Shown here: positions 1 to 11,018 of the stretch, piece after piece
Position numbering within the stretch: the stretch's first letter is position 1
Layout of the letters: each line of letters opens with the position of its first letter
Origin: an uncultured delta proteobacterium
GTDB taxonomy: Bacteria; Myxococcota; Myxococcia; Myxococcales; Anaeromyxobacteraceae
Assembly: GCA_963845515.1 (NCBI GenBank)
Contig: CAWJSR010000058.1
Coordinates: 32,001 to 96,000, forward strand
Reading direction: 5' to 3'
DNA length: 64,000 bases
Notes under the pieces: generated by a model
The model's database searches: none
The model's input: the letters and a program-made list of their open reading frames with translations, nothing else
Told to the model about the DNA's origin: nothing
Position numbers and translations under genes: made by a program

Positions 1-904
1 GCGTCGCTCGGCGCGCAGCTCGTGGAGGTGCAGCACCACCACGCCCACGCCGTGAGCGCCATGGCGGAGCACCGGCTCTCCGAGCCGGTCATCGCGCTCG
101 CGTGGGACGGCACGGGGCTCGGCACGGACGGGGCGGCGTGGGGCGGCGAGCTGCTGCTCGCCTGGCGCGATCGCTTCGAGCGGCTCGGGACGTTCCGACC
201 GGTGGCGCTCGCGGGCGGAGACCGGGCGATCCGCGAGCCCTGGCGCGTCGCGCTCGCCGCGCTGCTCGACGCCTTCGACGGCGACGCGCCGCTCGATCGT
301 CTCGCTGCCTTCGCGTCGATCGACGCGAAGGAGCTGGAGGTCGTCCGCAGGATGGTCGTGGGCTCCGTGAACGCGCCGCTGGCCCATGGCGTGGGGACGG
401 ATCTTCGACGCCGCCGGGGCGCTGGTGCTCGGGCGCGCGATCTCCCGCTTCGAGGGGCAGGTCGCGCTCGCGCTCGACGCAGCCCACCCCGCGGGACTTC
501 CCCTCTCCCCCACCGGGGGAGAGGGACAGGGTGAGGGGGCATACCCCTTCGACCTCTCTGGCGACGCGCTCCGGACCGTGGACCTTCGCCCTCTCTGGCG
601 TGCCCTCACCGCCGACGTCCTCGCGGGCGCCCGCCCCGGCCTCGTCTCCGCCCGCTTCCACGCCGCGCTCTCCTCGGCGGGGGCCGCGCTCATCCGCGAG
701 GCGAGGGCCACGCACGGTGACCTCCCGGTCGTCCTGACCGGCGGCTGCTTCCAGAACGCACATCTGGCCGAAGGGGTCTTGGGGGCGCTAGGCGGCGCCT
801 CCTATATTCACCTTCACGGCTCGGTCCCGCCCGGCGACGGCGGGCTCGCGCTCGGGCAGGCGCTCGCCGCCGACGCGATCGCGGTGCGGCGCCACGGCGC
901 CTAG
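1..904 (+). CDS. hypF: Carbamoyltransferase HypF, C-terminal part (5'-truncated by window; frameshift near 393)
   Basis: VQHHHAHA, ALAWDGTGLGTDGAAWGGE, GRIFDAA, LTGGCFQN and VPPGDGGLALGQA motifs, split over ORFs 22..534 and 386..904; the shift falls in a G run. Confidence 0.93.
500..539 (+). repeat. Palindromic REP-like element inside hypF
   Basis: CCCTCTCCCCCACCGGGGGAGAGGGACAGGGTGAGGGG, read in-frame as LPLSPTGGEGQGEG. Confidence 0.85.
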
Positions 905-916
905 AGGAGAAGAGCG

Positions 917-1204
917 ATGTGCCTAGGTGTCCCAGGGAAGGTCCTCTCGATCGACGGGCTCGACGCCACGGTCGACTTCTTCGGCGTCAGGAAGCAGCTG
1001 CGGCTCGACATCGTCGACGAGCCGGTCTCGGTCGGCGACTACGTCCTGAACCACGTGGGCTTCGCCATCCGGCGGATCCCTCCGGAGGAGGTGCAGGAGA
1101 CGCTCGCGCTCTTCGACCAGATCCTCGACGTGACCGGCGCCAGGGAGGACCTGATGGCGCTCGACGTGAAGGGCGAGATCGCCTCGGGCAAGGACGGGGT
1201 GTGA
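917..1204 (+). CDS. hypC: Hydrogenase maturation chaperone HypC
   Basis: MCLGVPGKV start and VGDYVLNHVGFAI; GAGGAG RBS upstream. Confidence 0.97.
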   Translation: MCLGVPGKVLSIDGLDATVDFFGVRKQLRLDIVDEPVSVGDYVLNHVGFAIRRIPPEEVQETLALFDQILDVTGAREDLMALDVKGEIASGKDGV

Positions 1205-2340
1205 CCGCTCCCGGAGATCCCACGCTGGAGCTCAAGTTCCGCGACCCCGCGCGGGCGCGCGCGCTCGCCGACGCGCTCGGCCGGGTGGTCGCGGCGCTCG
1301 GCCGCCCGATCCAGGTGATGCACGTCTGCGGCAGCCACGAGCAGGCGATCGCCCGCTTCGGCCTCCGCGCCCTCTTCCCGCCCGGGCTCACGCTCATCAT
1401 GGGGCCCGGCTGCCCGGTCTGCGTCACCGACGCCCCCGAGGTGGACGAGGCGGTCGCGCTGACCCGGCTGGGCGTCCGCGTCTGCACCTACGGGGACATG
1501 CTTCGCCTCCCTGGGACCGCCCTCTCGCTCGCCGACGCGGTGGCCTCCGGCGCCAAGGTGGACGTCGTCTACTCGGTGTCGCACGCCGCCGAGATCGCCC
1601 GCCAACACCCGGCCGAGGAGGTCGTCTTCTTCGCCTCCGGGTTCGAGACGACCGCCGTGGCGACCGCGGCGGTGGCGCTCGCCGCTCCGCCGGAGAACTT
1701 CTCGATCCTCTCGGTGCACAAGTACGTCCCGGCCGCCATGGAGGTGGTCGCGCAGAACCGCGAGACCCGGATCGACGGCTTCGTCGCCGCCGGCCACGCC
1801 GCCATCATCACCGGCTGGGAGATCTTCGAGCCCTTCGCCGCGCGGACCGGGAAGCCGGTCGTGGTCGCGGGCTTCGAGCCGCTGGACATCCTCGCCGCCG
1901 TGCTGAAGCTGGTCGAGATGATCGGGGCTGGAGAGCACGGGGTGTTCAACGCCTACCCGCGCTGCGTGACGCCCGGAGGGAACCTCCCCGCGCAGGCCTC
2001 GCTCTGGAAGGTCTTCGAGCCGCGCGACGGCGTCTGGCGGGGGATCGCCACGGTGAAGGGCGGCAACCTCGACCTGCGACCCGCCTTCGCCCGCCTGGAC
2101 GCCCGGCGCAGGTTCAGCATCGACACCGCGCAGGTCCGGGATCCGGAGGCGGCGGGGCGCACGACCCTCTGCCGCTGCGGTGAGATCATGCTCGGGCTCG
2201 CGAAGCCCACGGAGTGCACGCTGTACGGCAACGGCTGCGTCCCCGAGGCGCCGGTCGGCGCCTGCATGGTCTCCTCCGAGGGGACGTGCCGCATCTGGCA
2301 CACCTACGGCGGCGTCCCCGACCTTCGAGAGGTCTCCTAG
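1201..2340 (+). CDS. hypD: Hydrogenase formation protein HypD
   Basis: HVCGSHE, GPGCPVCVT, GFETT, GFEPLD and PVGACMVSSEGTC motifs; GTG start overlaps the hypC stop. Confidence 0.96.
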   Translation: MTAPGDPTLELKFRDPARARALADALGRVVAALGRPIQVMHVCGSHEQAIARFGLRALFPPGLTLIMGPGCPVCVTDAPEVDEAVALTRLGVRVCTYGDMLRLPGTALSLADAVASGAKVDVVYSVSHAAEIARQHPAEEVVFFASGFETTAVATAAVALAAPPENFSILSVHKYVPAAMEVVAQNRETRIDGFVAAGHAAIITGWEIFEPFAARTGKPVVVAGFEPLDILAAVLKLVEMIGAGEHGVFNAYPRCVTPGGNLPAQASLWKVFEPRDGVWRGIATVKGGNLDLRPAFARLDARRRFSIDTAQVRDPEAAGRTTLCRCGEIMLGLAKPTECTLYGNGCVPEAPVGACMVSSEGTCRIWHTYGGVPDLREVS

Positions 2341-3364
2341 ATGGACAAGCCGGTCTCGCGGATCCAGCTCAAGCACGGCTCCGGCGGGCGCGCCATGCGC
2401 CAGCTCATCGAGGAGGTCTTCCTGCGGCTGGCGTCGCCGGTGGACGGCATCGGCCTGGCCGCGCTCGACGACGGCGCTGCGCTGCGCGTGGGTGATCAGT
2501 GGCTGGTCATCACCACCGACTCGCACGTCGTCCAGCCCATCGCGTTCCCTGGCGGGGACATAGGGCGGCTCTCGATCTGCGGGACGGTGAACGACCTCGC
2601 GATGATGGGGGCCACCGAGCCGATGGGGCTCACCTGCGCCGCGATCATCGAGGACGGCTTCCCGCGCGACGCGCTCGAGCAGATCGTCGGGTCGATGAAG
2701 GCGGCCGCGGAGGAGGCGGGCGCCCCCATCGTCACCGGCGACACCAAGGTGATGGGGCGGGGCGAGGTGGACGGGATCGTCCTGAACACGACCGGCGTGG
2801 CACTCACGCGGCGAGTCGTCACCGACGCGGGGCTGCGCCCTGGCGACCGGCTCATCGTCACGGGGACGATCGGCGATCACGGCATGGCCATCATGTCGGT
2901 GCGGCACGACCTGGGGCTCGAGGGCGACCTGCGCTCCGACGTCGCCCCGCGTGAACGGCCTCGTCCGCGCCGCCCTGGCGGCAGGCGGCGACGACGTCGT
3001 GGCGCTCAAGGATCCGACCCGCGGCGGCCTCGCCTCGGTGCTCCACGAGATGGCGGCCAAGGGCGGGGTCGGGATCGTCCTCGACGAGACGGCGGTCCCG
3101 GTGAACGTCGAGGTCCGCGCGGCCTGCGAGATCCTCGGCGTCGACCCGCTCCTCGTCGCGAACGAGGGGAAGGCGGTCATCGGCGTGCGCGCCGGCGCGG
3201 TCGATCGCGTCCTCGCCGCGCTGCGGGCCCACCCGCTCGGCGCGCGCGCGGCGGTCGTGGCGACCGCGGTCGCGGAGCGGCCGGGGAGCGTCATCCTCGA
3301 CACGGGGATCGGACGCCGCATGCTGGCGGAGCCGGAGGGGGAGATCCTCCCGAGGATATGCTGA
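2341..3364 (+). CDS. hypE: Hydrogenase maturation protein HypE (frameshift near 2948)
   Basis: HGSGGRAM, FPGGDIG, GDTKV, KDPTRGG and terminal LPRIC; the C-terminal part is in ORF 2951..3364. Confidence 0.95.
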
Positions 3365-3400
3365 TCGAACCCCCTCACCGATTCCTCCTCTGGACACCTT

Positions 3401-3437
3401 CCCTCTCCCTCATTGAGGGAGAGGGTCAGGGTGAGGG
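3401..3437 (+). repeat. Palindromic REP-like element, hypE-hypA spacer
   Basis: CCCTCTCCCTCATTGAGGGAGAGGGTCAGGGTGAGGG. Confidence 0.85.
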
Positions 3438-3448
3438 AGAAGCCTTCC

Positions 3449-3793
3449 GTGCATGAATACTCCCTCGTCCAGTCGCTCGTGGAGCGCGTGGAGGCGGAGG
3501 CCGCGACGCGCGGCGCGCTCGCCATCCACCGCGTCTCGGTGAGGATCGGCGAGCTCTCAGGCGTTGATCCGGAGCTCTTCCAGACCGCGTACGACACCTT
3601 CCGGGAGGGGACCCTCTGCGCGAAGGCGCCGCTGGTCCTGGAGCGCGTCCCCGCCAGCTGGTCCTGCCCGCGCTGCGGCGCTCCCATCGCTCGCGGCGCC
3701 GCGCTGCGCTGCGTCCCCTGCGCCGTCCCGGCCCGGCTCGACGAAGGCGGGGACGCGCTGATGCTCAACGGTATCGAGATGGAGGTGGACTGA
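3449..3793 (+). CDS. hypA: Nickel metallochaperone HypA
   Basis: MHEYSL N-terminus (GTG start), GELSGVDPE, two CxxC motifs. Confidence 0.95.
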   Translation: MHEYSLVQSLVERVEAEAATRGALAIHRVSVRIGELSGVDPELFQTAYDTFREGTLCAKAPLVLERVPASWSCPRCGAPIARGAALRCVPCAVPARLDEGGDALMLNGIEMEVD

Positions 3794-3794
3794 G

Positions 3795-4538
3795 ATGTGC
3801 ACGACCTGCGGCTGTGGCCTCACGCCGGCGCTGGAGACCGAGCTCGTCCCGGTGGGGCTCTACGAGAAGATCCTGGCCGGGAACGATCGGACGGCGCGCC
3901 ACAACCGCGAGCACTTCCTCGCGCAGGGGATCCTGTCGGTGAACCTGATGGGGAGCCCCGGCGCAGGCAAGACGGCGGTCCTCGAGGCGACCTCGCGGGC
4001 GGCCGCTGGACGCGGCTGGAGGCTCGCAGCGGTCTCGGCCGATCTCGCCACCGACAACGACGCGCGCCGGCTGGAGGCGGCGGGGATCCCGTCGAGGGCC
4101 ATCACGACCGGGCAGGCGTGCCACCTCGACGCCGAGCTCGTCCACCGGTCGCTCCACGGCTTCGACCTCGACGGGGCGGACGTCCTCTTCATCGAGAACG
4201 TCGGCAACCTCGTCTGCCCGGCCATCTACGACCTCGGGCAGCGGGCCAACGTCGTCGTCCTCTCGATCGCCGAGGGCGAGGACAAGCCGCTCAAGTACCC
4301 CGTGATGTTCAGGGCGGCGGACCTGGTCCTCGTCTCCAAGACCGACCTCGCCGGCGTGCTCGGCGTCGACCTCGGACTGATCGAGGAGAACCTGGCCCGG
4401 GTGATGCCGCGCCCGCGCGCCATCAGGCTCTCCGCGCGGACCGGCGAGGGGATGGCCGAGTGGGTGGCGTGGCTGGCAGAGCTGAAGCAGTCGCTCCCGC
4501 AGGGCGCGCCACCTCCACGACCGAAGGCCGGTCGCTGA
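3795..4538 (+). CDS. hypB: Nickel incorporation GTPase HypB
   Basis: MCTTCGC, GSPGAGKT, CHLDA, ENVGNLVCP, EGEDKPLKYP. Confidence 0.97.
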   Translation: MCTTCGCGLTPALETELVPVGLYEKILAGNDRTARHNREHFLAQGILSVNLMGSPGAGKTAVLEATSRAAAGRGWRLAAVSADLATDNDARRLEAAGIPSRAITTGQACHLDAELVHRSLHGFDLDGADVLFIENVGNLVCPAIYDLGQRANVVVLSIAEGEDKPLKYPVMFRAADLVLVSKTDLAGVLGVDLGLIEENLARVMPRPRAIRLSARTGEGMAEWVAWLAELKQSLPQGAPPPRPKAGR

Positions 4539-4592
4539 CGGCCAGGGCGGCGTCGCGTCATTCACTCGGAGTCACCCGGGCCGCGCCCCCCT

Positions 4593-6005
4593 GTGCAGGC
4601 CGCATCGGGTGCGCTAGAAGCTTCGAGTGGGCTGGTGGAGGCGAGGTCGCGCGCAGTGGAGCATGAATCCCGCACATCCTGGCTCTTCCTGATCGACTGG
4701 GGCGTCGTCGCGCTGACGCTCACGTCGGCGGGCGCCTCGGCCTTCGCGGCGCTGATCGCCTTCAACCACGACGACACCTCGACGATGGCCGAGGCCGTGC
4801 TCGCCTTCTGGGCCGCCATCGGCGCCGCCTGGCTGGGGCGGAAGGCGGCGCGCGCGGCGAGGAGCTGGCAGGCGGAGCTCGTCTCCTGGCACGGCAACGA
4901 CATCGTCCTCCTGCTCGAGCCCGATCTCCGCATCCTCGACACGAACGACCGCGCGGCCGAGGCCTTCAAGCAGTCGCGCGACTCCCTCCTCGGGCGCTAT
5001 GCCGGTGAGCTCCGGCACCCGGACGCCTCCGACCGCCTCGACGCCCACCTCGACGAGCTGCAGGCGAGAGGGCGGGCGCTCTTCGAGACGGTCCTGCTGC
5101 GCGCCGACGGCACCTCGTTCCCTGCCGAGGTGAGCGCGAGGGTCGTCGTGATGCGCGGGCGCAGGCTCCTGCACCTGATCGCCCGCGACGTGACCGACGC
5201 CCACACCGCCCGCGCCCGGCTCGTCGCCGCGGAGCGGCTGGCCGCCGTTGGCTCGGTGGCCGCGGGGATGGCTCACGACATCAACAACCCGCTCTGCAGC
5301 GTGCTCGGGAACGTCGGCTTCGCCGCGGAGGCGCTCGAGGACTCGAACCCCGACCTGAGTGAGATCCGTCAGGCCCTGGTCGAGGCGGGGGACTCCGCGA
5401 GGCGGGTCCGCGACCTCATCCGCGACCTGAACGCGTTCTCCAACGGCTTCGGCGACGGCGAAGGGTCGGCGGACCTGGGAGCGGCCATAGCGGAGGCCGT
5501 CGACGCCACCCGCGAGCAGACCGCGGAGCGGTGCCGTGTGACGATCGACGTGCCGGAGCAGTCGATGGTCGCGGCACCGGCGGGGCGGCTCGCGCAGGTC
5601 TTCACCAGCATCGTGCGGGGGGCCGCGCAGGCGATGCCAGTGGGGACGCCCGCGCTCCACACGATCCGGATCGTGGCGCGCAGGACGGATCCGCTCCGGT
5701 TCCTGGTCGACGTGACCGACGACGGCCCGCTCATCAACCCGCCAGGCACCCCACCGCCCATCGAGCCCTTCTACGGCCAGCAGCGGGTCGGGCGCGGAGG
5801 CGGCGCGGGGCTCTCCGCGGTGATGGGGATGGTCCGGGCGGTCGGCGGGGACGTGGTCGCCGAGAGCACGCCCGGACGCGGCAACGTCATCCGCGTGATG
5901 CTCCCGGCCGAAGGCGGCGCCGGCCAGGCGACGGTCGCGCCCGGAGCCGCCTGGCCGCGGCTTGGACCCTCGCGGACCCCGTCGCCAGGGGACCTGCGGA
6001 ACTGA
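4593..6005 (+). CDS. Membrane PAS-domain sensor histidine kinase with degenerate ATP-binding boxes (start uncertain)
   Basis: Two hydrophobic segments, PAS (RADGTSFPAEVS..ARDVT), H-box AGMAHDINNPL, HATPase-like C-terminus. Confidence 0.85.
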   Translation: MQAASGALEASSGLVEARSRAVEHESRTSWLFLIDWGVVALTLTSAGASAFAALIAFNHDDTSTMAEAVLAFWAAIGAAWLGRKAARAARSWQAELVSWHGNDIVLLLEPDLRILDTNDRAAEAFKQSRDSLLGRYAGELRHPDASDRLDAHLDELQARGRALFETVLLRADGTSFPAEVSARVVVMRGRRLLHLIARDVTDAHTARARLVAAERLAAVGSVAAGMAHDINNPLCSVLGNVGFAAEALEDSNPDLSEIRQALVEAGDSARRVRDLIRDLNAFSNGFGDGEGSADLGAAIAEAVDATREQTAERCRVTIDVPEQSMVAAPAGRLAQVFTSIVRGAAQAMPVGTPALHTIRIVARRTDPLRFLVDVTDDGPLINPPGTPPPIEPFYGQQRVGRGGGAGLSAVMGMVRAVGGDVVAESTPGRGNVIRVMLPAEGGAGQATVAPGAAWPRLGPSRTPSPGDLRN

Positions 6006-6008
6006 GCC

Positions 6009-6794
6009 TCAGGCCGGCTCGCTCCCCTCCCCCGCTCCACTCCCCCCGGCCCTGTCGGTGGCCCGCGGCTCGCGCGCCGCGCCCGGCAGCTCGGCGGCGA
6101 TGCGACGACGGACCTCGTCTCGCACCTTCACGGCGTCCTCCGGCCGCAGCCCGGCCGTCGGGACCGGCTCCAGGATCCGGGCCCAGGCCTCGCACGGGCG
6201 GACCCACGGGCTCCCCTTGGGCATGCCGGCAGCGGTCCCGTTGAGGGCGACCGGCAGGACCGGCACCCCAGTCTCGATCGCCAGCCGGAACGCGCCCGAC
6301 TTGAACGGCAGGAGCCGCCCGTCGCGCGAGCGGGTCCCCTCCGCGAAGACCATGACCGGCACGCCGCGGGCGAGGTAGCCGCGCGCCCTGCCCAGCGCCT
6401 CCAGGCCGCTGTCGCGCTCGCCGCGGCGGATCGCGATGTCACCGGACATCCGGAGCATCCAGCCGATCCACGGGACGCGGAACAGCTCCTCCTTGGCGAT
6501 CCACTTCATCTCGCGCGGCATGTGCGACAGCAGGAGGATGTCGAGGATCGACTGATGGTTCGCGACGACGACGTAGGCGCCGCCGGCAGCAGGCCAGCGC
6601 CCCTCCACGCGGAGCTTCCACGGCGGGTAGCAGCCCGCGATCCGGCGCCCGAGCCAGCGCAGGAAGCGTCCGGTCACGAGGCGGCCCGGATCGAACGGGG
6701 CCGTGAGCGCGAAGAGGAGCGCCTGGATGGGCAGCGACACCGCCAGGAGGAGCGCGACCGCGACGTAGCCGACGGCGGCGATGAGCGAGTTCAC
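6009..6794 (-). CDS. plsC: 1-acyl-sn-glycerol-3-phosphate acyltransferase family protein
   Basis: NHQSILD, FAEGTRSRDG and FKSGAF motifs. Confidence 0.9.
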   Translation of the reverse strand: MNSLIAAVGYVAVALLLAVSLPIQALLFALTAPFDPGRLVTGRFLRWLGRRIAGCYPPWKLRVEGRWPAAGGAYVVVANHQSILDILLLSHMPREMKWIAKEELFRVPWIGWMLRMSGDIAIRRGERDSGLEALGRARGYLARGVPVMVFAEGTRSRDGRLLPFKSGAFRLAIETGVPVLPVALNGTAAGMPKGSPWVRPCEAWARILEPVPTAGLRPEDAVKVRDEVRRRIAAELPGAAREPRATDRAGGSGAGEGSEPA

Positions 6795-6985
6795 GGAGCG
6801 GGTGATACCAAATCCCGGGCTCCCGCGTCGCGCGCGACGCGCTCCGCGTGAGCCGCGTTGCACCACCGCCACGGGCCCGACGCACTGTGGCGCGGCCAAA
6901 CACGCGTGGCTGCTGAGGTTCTAGATGGAGATGCCGTCGTGGGGAGCGCGCGGGCCGAGGCTGATCCACAGCGCACAGAAGCGAA

Positions 6986-7002
6986 TTGCAAGAAGCGTGC
7001 CT
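6986..7002 (-). promoter_or_regulatory. Sigma54 -24/-12 promoter motif
   Basis: Minus strand reads AGGCACGCTTCTTGCAA, matching GGCACG-N4-TTGC with correct spacing. Confidence 0.6.
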
Positions 7003-7018
7003 CTACCCGGCGGTTCTA

Positions 7019-7047
7019 TTGACACCCCGTATCACTTGGTCTTTCCT
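7019..7047 (+). promoter_or_regulatory. Possible sigma70 promoter for maeB
   Basis: Perfect TTGACA, 17-nt spacer, weak -10 (TTTCCT) in an AT-richer spacer. Confidence 0.35.
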
Positions 7048-7114
7048 CTCCCGACACACAACCAAACCAGCCGGTACTGAGCCGTTCCAGACCAGGACTG
7101 AGAAGGAACCAACG

Positions 7115-9416
<2,302 letters not shown>

Positions 9417-9418
<2 letters not shown>

Positions 9419-9440
9419 AGGGACAGGGTGAGGTGAGGGG
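9417..9440 (+). repeat. Half copy of the REP-like element at the maeB stop
   Basis: AGAGGGACAGGGTGAGG matches the right arm of the copy at 500. Confidence 0.6.
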
Positions 9441-9473
9441 ACGGGCCGCTTCCCTCCGGGGAGGCGGCCCGTC
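9440..9473. terminator. GC-rich hairpin between convergent genes
   Basis: GACGGGCCGCTTCCC...GGGAGGCGGCCCGTC inverted repeat; no clear U-tract. Confidence 0.55.
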
Positions 9474-9479
9474 TCGCGT

Positions 9480-10226
9480 TCAGGCCTTCGCGAGCTGCAG
9501 GAGCCTGCGGGCCACGACGACGTACCACGCCATCATCGTGAGGCCGCCGATCCCGCCGAGGACCAGGACCGCGCCGTAGGCCGCCGGGACGAACGCGGCG
9601 AAGACGCTGAAGACGAGCAGTGAGCCGAAGCCGACGGCGGCGAGCAGGCCGGCCGCGCGGCCGAAGACCCCGCCGCGGAGGAGCGCGAGCGCCATGACGA
9701 GCCCGGCCAGCTCGGTGAGGAAGAAGCCCATGAACATCCCTGCGGTCAGGTCCTCCCCTAGCGCCAGCAGCACCTCGCCGGTGGCCGCCAGCGCCGCGCG
9801 CTGCGGCTCGGCGGCGGCCGCATACCGCACCGCCAGCGCGTCGAGCGAGAAGAGCGTGTTCCGCGCGATGTAGACGGCCGCCCCGACGAGCAGGAGCATG
9901 GTCGCCACGGCGGCCAGGTGGCGGCCAGCCCGGCGGTGCGCGCCGTAGAGGGCGTAGAAGAGCGGGATCTCCACCACCGTGTTGATGACGTTGAGGAGCC
10001 CGAGGTTCCGCAGCGCGAGCCAGCGGTGCCCCTCGAGCAGGGCGAACCACTCGACGGCGGTCGTCGAGCCCGGGACCTTCGCGTCCGGCTCCAGGAACAT
10101 GAGGGCTACGTCGGCGAGCGCCACGCAGAAGATGACCACGGCGCAGCCTGCGGCGAGCCTGTAGAGCGCCCTCCAGCTCGCCTGCGCGCCCTCCGTGTCG
10201 GCGAGCGATGCGACGGTCGCGTCCAT
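9480..10226 (-). CDS. Multi-pass membrane protein (DUF4386-like)
   Basis: About six hydrophobic segments; GAGGA RBS before the ATG at 10226. Confidence 0.7.
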   Translation of the reverse strand: MDATVASLADTEGAQASWRALYRLAAGCAVVIFCVALADVALMFLEPDAKVPGSTTAVEWFALLEGHRWLALRNLGLLNVINTVVEIPLFYALYGAHRRAGRHLAAVATMLLLVGAAVYIARNTLFSLDALAVRYAAAAEPQRAALAATGEVLLALGEDLTAGMFMGFFLTELAGLVMALALLRGGVFGRAAGLLAAVGFGSLLVFSVFAAFVPAAYGAVLVLGGIGGLTMMAWYVVVARRLLQLAKA

Positions 10227-10345
10227 GCGGTCCTCGCCCGGCGCGGACGTCACCCGGGGGGTGATGCCACGCTATCCAGCCGCGGCGCTGGCGGCCAGCG
10301 GAATCTCCGCGTGGCGCTCCGCCGCGGCCCTCGTGGGTCGCGCGC

Positions 10346-10501
10346 TCAACAGCCGCTGGGCGGCTCCCCGTCGTCCTTCCTGGCGCCGTCACGCGGCGCG
10401 TACGGGACGCCTCAGCCGGAGACGCCGGCCTTGGGCAGGATCCAGCGCTGGAGCACGTACCAGCCGGCGAGGAAGAGGATGAACTGCAGGAGATCGTTCA
10501 T
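10346..10501 (-). CDS. Small membrane protein, candidate selenoprotein (in-frame TGA at 10414-10412; 29 aa if it is a stop, 51 aa if read through)
   Basis: MNDLLQFILFLAGWYVLQRWILPKAGVSG-TGA-GVPYAPRDGARKDDGEPPSGC-stop; GC-ending codons on both sides of the TGA; hairpin directly after it. Confidence 0.6.
10382..10411 (-). other. Candidate bacterial SECIS hairpin
   Basis: GGCG-UC-CCGU-ACGC-GCC-GCGU-G-ACGG-CGCC forms a 12-bp bulged stem with G first in the loop. Confidence 0.5.
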
Positions 10502-10544
10502 GGGCTCGGGTGTGAGCCCGGGACTCTCCCATCGGTTCGGAGGT

Positions 10545-10934
10545 TCAAGCGAGCTTCGACAGCACCCGCGAGAGCCGCTCCTGCACCTGCTTCGCCACCT
10601 CGGCGAAGCGCGGGTCGGCCGCGGCCATCGTCTGCATGGGGTCGATCGACCGGACCGTGGTCCCGCCGCCGTCCTGCTCGTAGACGGCGACGTTGCAGGG
10701 GAGGAGCACCCCCACCGACGGGTCGATCGAGAGGGCCTGGTGCGCGAACATCGGGTTGCAGGCGCCGAGGATCTGGTAGCGCCGGAAGTCGACCCCGATC
10801 TTCTCCTTGAGCGTGGCCTTGACGTCGATGCGCGTCAGCACTCCGAACCCCTCCTCCTTGAGCAGGTCGGGGAGCTTCGAGAGGACGTCGTCATAGGAGA
10901 GCTGCGTCTCGCGGATCATTCCAATCTGGGCCAT
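10545..10934 (-). CDS. DUF302 domain protein
   Basis: EGFGVLTRIDVKATLKEK, YQILGACNP, LLPCNVAVYE. Confidence 0.92.
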   Translation of the reverse strand: MAQIGMIRETQLSYDDVLSKLPDLLKEEGFGVLTRIDVKATLKEKIGVDFRRYQILGACNPMFAHQALSIDPSVGVLLPCNVAVYEQDGGGTTVRSIDPMQTMAAADPRFAEVAKQVQERLSRVLSKLA

Positions 10935-11018
10935 CGGTCACCTCGTGCCGGCGTGGTTGCGCTGGCAGCCATTGGAGCCGAACGTCCTGGGTGCGAGGCG
11001 CGGGAATACGGGGCGACC

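Noticed and set aside
800..812. TATATT inside hypF as an internal promoter for hypC
   Set aside because: Explained by the codons for YIH; no supporting -35 element identified
380..2960. Programmed frameshifting in hypF and hypE
   Set aside because: No slippery heptamers; the indels resemble those scattered through unrelated genes
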